DNA of 64,000 nucleotides from Halobacteriaceae archaeon (GTDB lineage Archaea; Halobacteriota; Halobacteria; Halobacteriales; Halobacteriaceae): NCBI GenBank assembly GCA_042216675.1, contig JBDGTS010000016.1, positions 1 to 64,000 of the forward strand, read 5' to 3'. Shown piece by piece: positions 50,650 to 59,269 of this stretch (position 1 is its first letter; each line of letters starts with the position of its first letter). The notes under the pieces were generated by a model. It saw only the letters and a program-made list of their open reading frames with translations, ran no database searches and was not told where the DNA came from. The position numbers and the translations under genes were made by a program.

Positions 50650-51033
50650 TCAGTTGGGCGTTGTGCCTCCGGCGACGGTGACGAGAGCGACGTTGCCGAG
50701 GTCCGCAACGATGAAGGCCACGATGGCGGCGACGGTTCCGCCGGCGAGGGGTTCGAGGAGGACAAAGAGCGCCGTCATCTCCGCGGCCACCACGGCGCAG
50801 GCGCCGAGCGTCCACGCCACTGCCAGCGGGCGGTCGTAGGTCCGGGGCCACTCGTCGTAGACGCGGGGCACGCCGACCCCGAGCGCCAACAGCGAGAGGA
50901 AGCCAAAGGAGTACGTCGCGCCCACGGCGCTCTGCAGAAGGTAGGCGCCCGGAATCGCGACGACGACGGCCGTGAGGACGACGGGGAACTCGGGGCCGGT
51001 CACCCAGTCGCGGAGTCGTTGGAGTACGTCCAT
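50650..51033 (-). CDS. Four-TM membrane protein
   Basis: 127 aa, hydrophobic throughout. Confidence 0.7.
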   Translation of the reverse strand: MDVLQRLRDWVTGPEFPVVLTAVVVAIPGAYLLQSAVGATYSFGFLSLLALGVGVPRVYDEWPRTYDRPLAVAWTLGACAVVAAEMTALFVLLEPLAGGTVAAIVAFIVADLGNVALVTVAGGTTPN

Positions 51034-51092
51034 CGCCGGACACGCGCCCGGTAGTCACGTAAAATGCGGGGGATGTGGACGCGCCGCGAGAC

Positions 51093-51175
51093 TGAGGGGA
51101 CGGGGATTCGAACCCCGGTACTCCTAAGAGACGGGGTCTTAAGCCCCGCGCCTTTGGCCGCTCGGCCACCCCCTC
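51093..51175 (-). tRNA. tRNA-Leu (anticodon TAA)
   Basis: Reverse complement GAGGGGG-TGGCCGAGCGGCCAAAGGCG-CGGGG CT TAA GA CCCCG-long variable arm-CGGGG TTCGAAT CCCCG-TCCCCTC-A; no encoded CCA. Confidence 0.95.
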
Positions 51176-51233
51176 ACAGTCGCGCCGGTAATAGGTAATC
51201 GGCGGCGAAGTTTACTGCCTTTCGGTTACCCAC

Positions 51234-52223
51234 CTACACCGGCGTCATCAGCGTCCACTGTTCGCGCGAAATCTCGTGTGCCAGCGACTCGCCCGCCTGC
51301 CAGCGCTCCACGTCGTCGAGCACTGACTCCGTCAGCGGCGCGCGGATGCGCGACCCGCCGGTGTGGGGCGTCAGCAAGACGTTGTCGAGGGTCCGCAACT
51401 CGTGGTCCTCGGGGAGCGGTTCCTCGTGGAACACGTCCAGCACCGCGTCGAGGCGGCCCGAGCGGAGTTCCGCGAGCATCGCGTCCGCCTCGACCAGTCC
51501 CGCCCGCGCCGTGTTGACGAAGAGAGCGCCGTCGGGGAGGTGCGCAAGTTCGTCCTCGCCGACCATCCCCTCCGTTTCCGGTGTGAGCGAGGCGTGCAGG
51601 GACACCACGTCGCTGCTGAGGGCGTCGTCGAGGGGCGCGAGGGACGCGAACGGCCAGTCCGCGAGAGCCTCGTCGTCGATGTAAGGGTCGTAGACGGCCA
51701 CGGACACGTCCCACGACGCGAGGTGGTCGAGGACGTGACGGCCGATGGTGCCCAGTCCGACGAGGCCCACCGAGGACCCGTGGAGCGATTCGATGGTCAC
51801 GTCGGCGTCCCACGCGCCGTCGCGCATCGCGCGGTCGAGTGCGGGGAGGCGGCGGCGGTGGGCGACGACGGCCGCGACCGTCTGCTCTGCGACGAAGCGC
51901 GCCATCTCGTCGTTGGCGCTCACGACCCGCACGCCGGCGTCGTACGCCGCTTCGGAAGCGATGTCCGCGACGCTCCCGCCGGTGTGCGCGACGAGCGACA
52001 GGTCGTCCGCCGCCTCGACGACGGACGCAGTGACCTGTGGGCTTCCCCACCCGGTCACCAACACGTCGACCCCCGGGATTCGCTCGCGGAGGTCGCTCTC
52101 GGTGAACTGGTCGCCCGTCTCGTTCCACTCGACGGTCCCGAGCGATTCGAGTCGCTCGCGCGTCTCCGCCGGGAAGAAGCCGCCGCGTGACCCGGTCCCC
52201 GGGACCGTGACGAGGATGTCCAT
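51234..52223 (-). CDS. D-isomer-specific 2-hydroxyacid dehydrogenase
   Basis: VGLVGLGTIG, VNTARAGLV, LDVFHEEP, LLTPHTGG. Confidence 0.92.
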   Translation of the reverse strand: MDILVTVPGTGSRGGFFPAETRERLESLGTVEWNETGDQFTESDLRERIPGVDVLVTGWGSPQVTASVVEAADDLSLVAHTGGSVADIASEAAYDAGVRVVSANDEMARFVAEQTVAAVVAHRRRLPALDRAMRDGAWDADVTIESLHGSSVGLVGLGTIGRHVLDHLASWDVSVAVYDPYIDDEALADWPFASLAPLDDALSSDVVSLHASLTPETEGMVGEDELAHLPDGALFVNTARAGLVEADAMLAELRSGRLDAVLDVFHEEPLPEDHELRTLDNVLLTPHTGGSRIRAPLTESVLDDVERWQAGESLAHEISREQWTLMTPV

Positions 52224-52253
52224 GCTGGCCGGTGGAGGGACCGGTACAAAAAG

Positions 52254-52592
52254 TTACCAGTCCACGGAGAGGGTGCCGTCGCCCTCGGGGTCCGGGGCGA
52301 TCTCCTCGCCGGTGCGTCGGTCCACGACGTGAATCACGCCGTCGCCCTTCTTCGCAGGGCACACCTCGGCGGCGCGGACGTTGTGGTCGAGGGCCGACTC
52401 GTCGAAGAAGAACGCGTTCGGCGACGCGATGCCCGTCGCGAGTGACACTTCCCAGTTGTCGGAGACGGCCGCGCACTCGCCGGTGCCGATACAGCGGTTC
52501 GCCTCGAAGACGACCTTGTAGGGGGCTTCGTCGACGGGCGGGGCGTCCGCCTCGCCCACCTCGGCTGGGTCCACGGGTTCGTCGGCGTCCAT
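52254..52592 (-). CDS. Ferredoxin (single-cluster type)
   Basis: CIGTGECA...AAEVCP. Confidence 0.82.
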   Translation of the reverse strand: MDADEPVDPAEVGEADAPPVDEAPYKVVFEANRCIGTGECAAVSDNWEVSLATGIASPNAFFFDESALDHNVRAAEVCPAKKGDGVIHVVDRRTGEEIAPDPEGDGTLSVDW

Positions 52593-52638
52593 ACCGACGC
52601 GTGGCGCTCCGTGGCCTTTCCGGTGTCGGTCGCCGCGA

Positions 52639-53415
52639 TTACAGCGCCGTGTACCCGCCGTCGGCGTACAGCAGTTCGCCGGTGACGAACGACGCCTCGT
52701 CGCTCGCCAGCGTCAGGTAGAGGCCCGCGATTTCCGCTGGCGCGGCCCGGCCCGGCATCGGCACCTGCTTGCCCACGTCGGGTCGCTCCCTGTCGCTCCG
52801 GCTGCGCGTCCCGCCGCCGATTTCCGTCTCGATGGCGCCCGGCGCGACGGCGTTCACGCGGATGTCCTCCTGTGCGAGTTCGATGGCCGCGTTCTGCGTG
52901 AGCATCTTCACCCCCGCCTTCGTCGCGTTGTACATCGACTGGCCCACCTGCGCGATGGTCGAACTGATGGAGGCGGTGTTGACGACGGCGCCCGCCTCGC
53001 CGCGCTCTATCATGTCGAGGGCCGCCACCTGTGTGCCGTGGAACACACCCTTCACGTTCACGTCGAACAGCATCTCGAAGTCCTCTTCCACCGAGTCGAG
53101 GAACAGGCCGCCCCGATGGATGCCGGCGTTGTTGACCATCACGTCGACGCCGCCGAACTCGCGGGCCGCCTCGACGGCCGTCTCGACGTCCTCGCGGTCG
53201 GAGACGTCCGACTCGACGAAGACGGCTTCGCCGCCGTCGTCTGCGATGACCTCGTGGGTCGGGTCGCCCTCGCCCTTCGGGGCCTCGCGCACGTCGGCGA
53301 CGACGACGGTCGCGCCCGCCTCGCCGAAGCGCCGCGCCACCGCGCGGCCGATACCGGAACTGCCGCCGGTCACGATTGCCGTCTCACCGGTGAAATCGAA
53401 TGTAGCCGTACCCAT
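52639..53415 (-). CDS. SDR family oxidoreductase
   Basis: TGGSSGIG, NNAG, YNATK, VNAVAPG, DGG. Confidence 0.92.
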   Translation of the reverse strand: MGTATFDFTGETAIVTGGSSGIGRAVARRFGEAGATVVVADVREAPKGEGDPTHEVIADDGGEAVFVESDVSDREDVETAVEAAREFGGVDVMVNNAGIHRGGLFLDSVEEDFEMLFDVNVKGVFHGTQVAALDMIERGEAGAVVNTASISSTIAQVGQSMYNATKAGVKMLTQNAAIELAQEDIRVNAVAPGAIETEIGGGTRSRSDRERPDVGKQVPMPGRAAPAEIAGLYLTLASDEASFVTGELLYADGGYTAL

Positions 53416-53500
53416 ATCGACCGTTGGGTGACGCGCCGTATTAGCCTACGGACAGCGGCAGACCGCAACGGCTTTGCGCGCGGCTCCGAATCGCACGGCC

Positions 53501-53863
53501 ATGGCAGACGTGCTTCACACGGCGGTCTGGGTGTCCGACCTCGACGCGACGGCGGCGTTCTACGAGGACGGTCTCGGCCTCGCCTTCTCCCGCGAGTTCG
53601 AGGGCGACGACGGCGTGACCAACTACTTCGTCACCGGCGAGAGCGACGCCGAGATTCAGTTCAAGTACGCGGCCGACGAGTCGCCGGACGACCCCGCGGG
53701 CATCGACCACCTCGCCGTCGAGGTGCCCGACACCGACGCGAAGGCCGAGGAACTGGGCGCCGAGTACGACAGCGAGATTCTCGCCGGCCCGATGGACCAC
53801 GGCGACGCCCGCATCGCCTTCGTCACCGACCCCGACGGCTACGGCGTGGAACTCATCAGCTAG
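53501..53863 (+). CDS. VOC/glyoxalase family protein
   Basis: HTAVWVSDL..FYE, DHLAVEV, FVTDPDGYGVEL. Confidence 0.9.
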   Translation: MADVLHTAVWVSDLDATAAFYEDGLGLAFSREFEGDDGVTNYFVTGESDAEIQFKYAADESPDDPAGIDHLAVEVPDTDAKAEELGAEYDSEILAGPMDHGDARIAFVTDPDGYGVELIS

Positions 53864-53924
53864 CGGCAGTCCGGCGCGGGAGTCGGCGGCTTTTAGCCCC
53901 CGCGGGTGGTCGTGGTGTCCATAG

Positions 53925-56618
53925 ATGGCGCCGAGGCCCCACGGACTCCGAACCGCGTACGCCACCGCTCCCCTCGGACTCGGGGAGCGCGAACCGACAC
54001 TCCGCTGGCAGGCGGCCGCCGACGACCGCGGCGCCGGGCAGACGGCGTTCCGCGTCTGCGTCGCAACCGACCCCGAGCGCTGTCGCCCCGGCGAGGCCGA
54101 CGTGTGGGACACGGGCCGCCGCGAGTCCGCTCGCCCCGCCGTCGAGTACGACGGCCCCGCACTCGCTTCCCGCGAGCGATACCACTGGGCCGTGCGCATC
54201 TGGGACGAGGACGGCGAGCGCTCGGCGTGGAGCGACACCGGGACCTTCGAGATGGGACTCCTCGACGCCGCCGACTGGTCGGCGTCGTGGATTCGCCGCG
54301 ACGAGGACCAGTACGAGCGCGGGCACTTCTCTCACTTCCGCCGCGAGTTCGACCTCGACGGCGAGGTGGCGCGAGCGCGGGCCTACGTCTCCGCGGGCCA
54401 GCAGTACGCGCTCTCGGCCAACGGCGTGGAACTCGACCGCGGCCCCTCGTTCTCCTACCCCGACTCGCAGTACTACAAGACGGTCGACCTCAGCGACGCC
54501 CTGACGGAGGGTGCGAACGCCGTCGGTGCTCTCCAGACGTGGAACGCGGGCGGACAGGGCCGCCCCGAGGGCGAGCCGGGCTTCATCTGCCAAATCGAGG
54601 TCGAACTCGCCGACGGCACGGAGCGACGCATCGCCACCGACGACGATTGGGCGGTGCGCGAGGCGGCGTGGCAGGACACCGACATCCGCAACGGCGAAAT
54701 CGCGGAACCCATCGAGGTCATCGACGCGCGCGAGGTGCCCCGCGGCTGGACGGCCCCCGGCTTCGACGATAGCGACTGGGAGCGACCCGCCGTCGTTGGC
54801 GACCACCCCACCGAACCGTGGACGAGTCTCGTCGCACAGGAGCGTGAAGTCGTGCGCCGCCGCGTCGAACCCGAATCCGTCGACATTCTCGACGACGGCA
54901 CCTACGTGTACGACTTCGGTCGCGTCTACTCCGCCGTCCCCGTCGTGGAGTTCGAGGACGGCGAGGCGGGCCGCCGCGTCGACATGCTCGCGGGCTACCG
55001 CCGCGACGACGGCCACGTCTCCACCGACGAGGGCACGCAGACGACGGACATGTCCTACGGCCTGATTCAGCGGGACGGCGGCCAGACGTTCCGCCCGTTC
55101 AACTATCTGGGCATCCGCTACTTCGAAGTCGAGGACCCGGGCGAACAGCCGGACGTGACGCTCTTCGCCTCGCACACCGACGTGCCCGACCGACGCGCTG
55201 CCACCTTCGAGTCCGACGACGAGACGGTGGACGACGTGTTCGAGATGGCGCGCCACTCCGCGCTGTACGGCTCCCAAGAGCAGTTCATCGACACGCCGAC
55301 CCGGGAGAAGGGACAGTTCCTGATGGACGGCTTCAACATCTCGCGGGTGACGACCCACGCCTTCGGCGAACGCCGCCTCAGCCGGCAGGCCATTCGGGAG
55401 TTCGTCGAGTCCCACTACCGCTACTGGTGCGCGGAGGGCCGCCTCAACGCGGTGTATCCGAACGACGACGGGAAGCGCGACATCCCCGACTTCACCGCCA
55501 ACTTCGGCGAGTGGGTGTGGCGCTACTACCGCGTCACCGACGACGAGCGGATTCTGGAGGAGGCCTACCCCATCGTGAAGGCCGTCGCCGACTACGTCCT
55601 CCGGAACGTCGACGACGAGACGGGTCTCGTGATGAACCTCGCTGGCGGCATCGGCGGCCCATACCACCAGGGCATCGTCGACTGGCCCCCGGAGATGCGC
55701 TACGGCTTCGACCGGGACTGGCCCGCGCGGACGCCGGTGAACGTCCTCTGTGCGAACGCGCTCCTGCGAACCGCCCGCATCGCCGACGAACTCGACCGGC
55801 CGGACTACGAGCGGCGCCACTACCGCGACGAGGGCGCGGCGCTCGCGTCGGCCATCAACGACTACTGCCTCGTCGACGGCCGCTACGTCGACGGCGCCGA
55901 CGCCGAGGCCCACAGCGACAACGCCTCCCAACACGCGAACGCGCTCCCCCTCGCCTTCGGCATCGCACCCGCCGAAATCGCGCCTGACCTCGCTGACCGC
56001 ATCGCCGACCAAGGGATGTCGATGGGGCCGATGATGGTCCAGTGGCTCTGCGAGGCGTTCGAGGCCACCGGCCGCACCGACGCTCTCGTCGACCTCATCA
56101 CCGACGAGGAACAGGACGGCTGGGCCGACATCCTCTCGCGCGACCAGACCTCCTTCTTCACGTGGGAGACGTGGCACGCACGCTCCGACGACGTGACGAA
56201 GGGCGGCGGTCGACGGAACCGAAGCGAGTCCCACGCGATGGGCGCGACGGTCCTCGTGAGCATCCAGCGAGCCCTGCTCGGCGTGCGCCTCGTCGGCCCC
56301 GGCGGGTCGCACCTCGACGTGGCCCCGCCCGCCGCCGGCATCGACAGCGCCGCGGGCACCGTCCCCACCGAACGCGGCCCCGTCGCGGTGTCGTGGGACC
56401 GTGCGGGTGGCCTCTCGCTCGACGTGACGGTGCCGTGGAACGCGACGGCGACGGTGACGCTCCCCGTCGGGGACGCGGCCGTCTCCGAGGGCGGTGACCC
56501 CCTCTGGGACGACGGCGCGGCGGACGACCTCCCGGCCGGCGTGACAGCAGTCCGTCACGAGGGCGATGCAGTCGTCGCCGAGGTTCGGGCGGGCGACTAC
56601 CACTTCGCCGCGGAGTAG
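53925..56618 (+). CDS. Alpha-L-rhamnosidase (GH78)
   Basis: P.LRW..Q.AFRV.V..DVWDTG, YDFG, DTPTREK, IVDWP, TWETW, SESHAM; no signal peptide. Confidence 0.88.
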   Translation: MAPRPHGLRTAYATAPLGLGEREPTLRWQAAADDRGAGQTAFRVCVATDPERCRPGEADVWDTGRRESARPAVEYDGPALASRERYHWAVRIWDEDGERSAWSDTGTFEMGLLDAADWSASWIRRDEDQYERGHFSHFRREFDLDGEVARARAYVSAGQQYALSANGVELDRGPSFSYPDSQYYKTVDLSDALTEGANAVGALQTWNAGGQGRPEGEPGFICQIEVELADGTERRIATDDDWAVREAAWQDTDIRNGEIAEPIEVIDAREVPRGWTAPGFDDSDWERPAVVGDHPTEPWTSLVAQEREVVRRRVEPESVDILDDGTYVYDFGRVYSAVPVVEFEDGEAGRRVDMLAGYRRDDGHVSTDEGTQTTDMSYGLIQRDGGQTFRPFNYLGIRYFEVEDPGEQPDVTLFASHTDVPDRRAATFESDDETVDDVFEMARHSALYGSQEQFIDTPTREKGQFLMDGFNISRVTTHAFGERRLSRQAIREFVESHYRYWCAEGRLNAVYPNDDGKRDIPDFTANFGEWVWRYYRVTDDERILEEAYPIVKAVADYVLRNVDDETGLVMNLAGGIGGPYHQGIVDWPPEMRYGFDRDWPARTPVNVLCANALLRTARIADELDRPDYERRHYRDEGAALASAINDYCLVDGRYVDGADAEAHSDNASQHANALPLAFGIAPAEIAPDLADRIADQGMSMGPMMVQWLCEAFEATGRTDALVDLITDEEQDGWADILSRDQTSFFTWETWHARSDDVTKGGGRRNRSESHAMGATVLVSIQRALLGVRLVGPGGSHLDVAPPAAGIDSAAGTVPTERGPVAVSWDRAGGLSLDVTVPWNATATVTLPVGDAAVSEGGDPLWDDGAADDLPAGVTAVRHEGDAVVAEVRAGDYHFAAE

Positions 56619-56669
56619 CCGAAACCGGGCGGGGGATTTTTGTCATCGAACCGCGAATAGGGCGACATA

Positions 56670-58778
56670 ATGGGCGCTCCGCCGACCACCGAGGGTGGGA
56701 CTATCGCCTTCAGCGCCCGGGACGACCCCCCGGGGCTGGTGGTGAGAGACCGCATCGAGCAACACAAGTACACCCTCAACGCGTCCGACTCCGTCTCGCC
56801 GCGCGCCGTCGACACCGAGCGGTTCGTCTTCCCCGTCGACGCCGCCACGGCGATCTCCACCGCCGAGATTCGACTGCCGACTGTCGTCATCACCTGCATT
56901 CGCGACGCCGTGGGGGACACCGTCGCCCGCACGGAACACAGCGCCGAGGTGTCGCTCCCCCCCGACGCGTACGAACTCGAACTCCACGCGCCGATTCGGA
57001 TGTACCTCCGCGTCGAGAGCGGCGTCGACGTCGTCGCCGACGGCGAACACACCCGCATCGACTTCGGTGACGAGACGACCGTCGAGGTGGGCGTGCGCTC
57101 GGACCACGAGCGACCCGCCGCGACGGTCCAGACCACGTCGGACCCGCGGGACCTGATGCGTGCCGTCTCGACGTTCGGGTCCGCGCTCAAGACCACCTCG
57201 CCGGAGCGCGCGTTCCCGACGTTCCGCGGGCACCCGCCGGCGGTCGAACTCGCCGACGAGTTCTCGGTGCCGGCCGAAGTCGAGCCACCTGATACCGGGG
57301 TGACAATCGAGGTGCCCCCGGAGCGCCGCTACGTCTACGTCGTGGCGCCACTTGCGTACTACCTCGGTGCGACCGTCGAACCGGGCGAGACGCCCCGCCT
57401 CGTCACTGACGCGGGCTTCGAGTACGAGTTGGGCGCCGACCGCGCGTTCGAGCAGTCCGTCGAGCGAGTGCTCAAGCAGGTGTTCGTCCTCGACTGCGTG
57501 ACCCGCACCGAGGGCCTCTACGAGGTGTCGTTCAAGACGCGGCAGGCCCTCGCCGACGACATCGACTTCGACCCCGCCGTGGCCTACGACCGACCGCTCG
57601 CGGAGCGACTCGAAACGTACCTCGCCGAGGAGTACGACGCGATAGAGCCGGCGATTCCGGACTGGAAGCTCACCTCCCACGTCTCGCTGGATCCGACCTC
57701 CGCCGAGACGCTCCCGTATCTCGTCAACGACCTCGCCATCGTCCGGACGCCCGGTTCGACGTCCGCGGCGTCCTCTCCCTCCGCGAAGGCGGCCATCGAC
57801 GAGTTCCTCCGCGACGGCGACTCGTTCGTCCGCTCCACCACCGACGGCGGCACGGCGGTGGACCGCGACTTCGTGCAGGCCGACGAGGAGGACGCCCTCG
57901 AACACGCGTGGGTCGGCGAGGAGACGCCCGTCGGCATGAGCAAGGTCACGGAGACGGCCTATCAGCACCAGTTCGACCGGGAGCCGACGGACGGCGACAT
58001 CGAGATTACGGTCGTCTGCAACGACCCGGAGATGGCGGCCGAACAGGACCTGCTCCAGACCGTCTACGGCACCCGCGAGCGTCTGCCGTTCGACATCGAG
58101 TTCGAGGAGGGCCTGCCCACCGACGCACTCCGCGAGACGCTCGCGGCGGACGTGGACTTCCTCCACTACGTCGGGCACATCGACGACGGCGGCTTCCGGT
58201 GCCCCGACGGCGTCCTCGACGCCACCACCCTCGACGAGGTGGGCGTCGACGCCTTCCTGCTGAACGCCTGCCAGTCCTACGACCAAGGGCTCGGACTCAT
58301 CAACGCGGGCGCCATCGCCGGCATCACGACGCTCAGCGACGTGCCGAACGAGGCGGCCGTCGAGATGGGCTACACGATTTCGCGCCTGCTGAACTCCGGG
58401 TTCCCGATTCGGGGCGCACTGGAAGTCGCGAAGGAGGAACACATCATCGGGAGCCAGTACGTCGTCGTCGGCGACGGCGGGATGACGATTACGCAGGCGG
58501 AGAGCGGAACCGCGCAACTGTACGAACTAGAGCGGACGGACGACGGATTCGCCCTCGACATCATCGGCTACGCGTCGTCGAACTTCGGAATGGGGGCACT
58601 GTTCACGCCGTTCATCAGCGACGACGCGCCGTACTATCTCAACTCCGGGCACCTCGACCGGTTCGAACTGACCGCCGAGGAACTATCCGAGTTCCTGATG
58701 ATGGAGAACGTGCCGGTCCGTTTCGACGGCGAACTGCACTGGAGTTACGACCTCTCTGTTAGCGCACTCGACGACTGA
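56670..58778 (+). CDS. 702-aa protein with C-terminal CHAT/caspase-like (clan CD) domain
   Basis: DFLHYVGH...DG.L...AFLLNACQS...GLINAGA..TL.DV.NEAA...LL.SG.PI..AL..A...YVVVGD follows the CHAT consensus; His codon 58176, Cys codon 58269; N-terminal ~430 aa unassigned. Confidence 0.75.
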   Translation: MGAPPTTEGGTIAFSARDDPPGLVVRDRIEQHKYTLNASDSVSPRAVDTERFVFPVDAATAISTAEIRLPTVVITCIRDAVGDTVARTEHSAEVSLPPDAYELELHAPIRMYLRVESGVDVVADGEHTRIDFGDETTVEVGVRSDHERPAATVQTTSDPRDLMRAVSTFGSALKTTSPERAFPTFRGHPPAVELADEFSVPAEVEPPDTGVTIEVPPERRYVYVVAPLAYYLGATVEPGETPRLVTDAGFEYELGADRAFEQSVERVLKQVFVLDCVTRTEGLYEVSFKTRQALADDIDFDPAVAYDRPLAERLETYLAEEYDAIEPAIPDWKLTSHVSLDPTSAETLPYLVNDLAIVRTPGSTSAASSPSAKAAIDEFLRDGDSFVRSTTDGGTAVDRDFVQADEEDALEHAWVGEETPVGMSKVTETAYQHQFDREPTDGDIEITVVCNDPEMAAEQDLLQTVYGTRERLPFDIEFEEGLPTDALRETLAADVDFLHYVGHIDDGGFRCPDGVLDATTLDEVGVDAFLLNACQSYDQGLGLINAGAIAGITTLSDVPNEAAVEMGYTISRLLNSGFPIRGALEVAKEEHIIGSQYVVVGDGGMTITQAESGTAQLYELERTDDGFALDIIGYASSNFGMGALFTPFISDDAPYYLNSGHLDRFELTAEELSEFLMMENVPVRFDGELHWSYDLSVSALDD

Positions 58779-58790
58779 CTGGCCGGCCGG

Positions 58791-58916
58791 TCACCGAATC
58801 GTCCCGCCACTCGCCGCGACGGCGCTCCCTGCCTGCGACAGGAGCATCATGACCATGAACAGCTTCGCGAGCAGTTTGGGGTGATTCTTGAGTCGGGCTG
58901 CGATGGTATCGGACAT
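58791..58916 (-). CDS. 41-aa secreted micropeptide precursor (signal peptide plus 6-7 residue tail), absent from the ORF track
   Basis: MSDTIAARLKNHPKLLAKLFMVMMLLSQAGSAVAASGGTIR*; basic n-region, hydrophobic core, AVA-A cleavage motif; AT-rich promoter immediately upstream. Confidence 0.8.
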   Translation of the reverse strand: MSDTIAARLKNHPKLLAKLFMVMMLLSQAGSAVAASGGTIR

Positions 58917-58968
58917 TGCAACCCTTTATTTTTCCGTGACTGTATTATAATTATTTAAAGGTTTACTA
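58917..58968 (-). promoter_or_regulatory. AT-rich promoter of the micropeptide gene
   Basis: Minus strand reads CCTTTAAATAATTATAATACAG; TTATAA (58945-58950) lies about 30 nt upstream of ATG 58916; among the most AT-rich patches in the window. Confidence 0.65.
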
Positions 58969-59269
58969 TGATTCCGTCGTGGGATAAAGTACCAGTAAAG
59001 ATGCAGGTCCGGCGCCACCGGCGTGTTCCGGTCAGCGAGTCGACGGAAGTGGAGCCGACGTGGCCGACAGACATTACTTCCGCGGGAGCGTCTATAGAGA
59101 AAATCCGACGGACCCGGCTCGGGTCCGCCGACCTCATCGATGCTCTCCACCGTGTTCGCGGCGGCCCATCGGACTGGGGTCGTCACTGACCGAACACTGG
59201 CGCCCGCGCGTATCGATCGCCAGCCACGCCCTCCCGACCCCGGAGCCACAGTTCCCACCGAGGCGAACG

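Noticed and set aside
51093-51175. tRNA-Leu as integration site of a provirus or island
   Set aside because: I saw no duplicated tRNA 3' end and no integrase in the window (checked by eye only).
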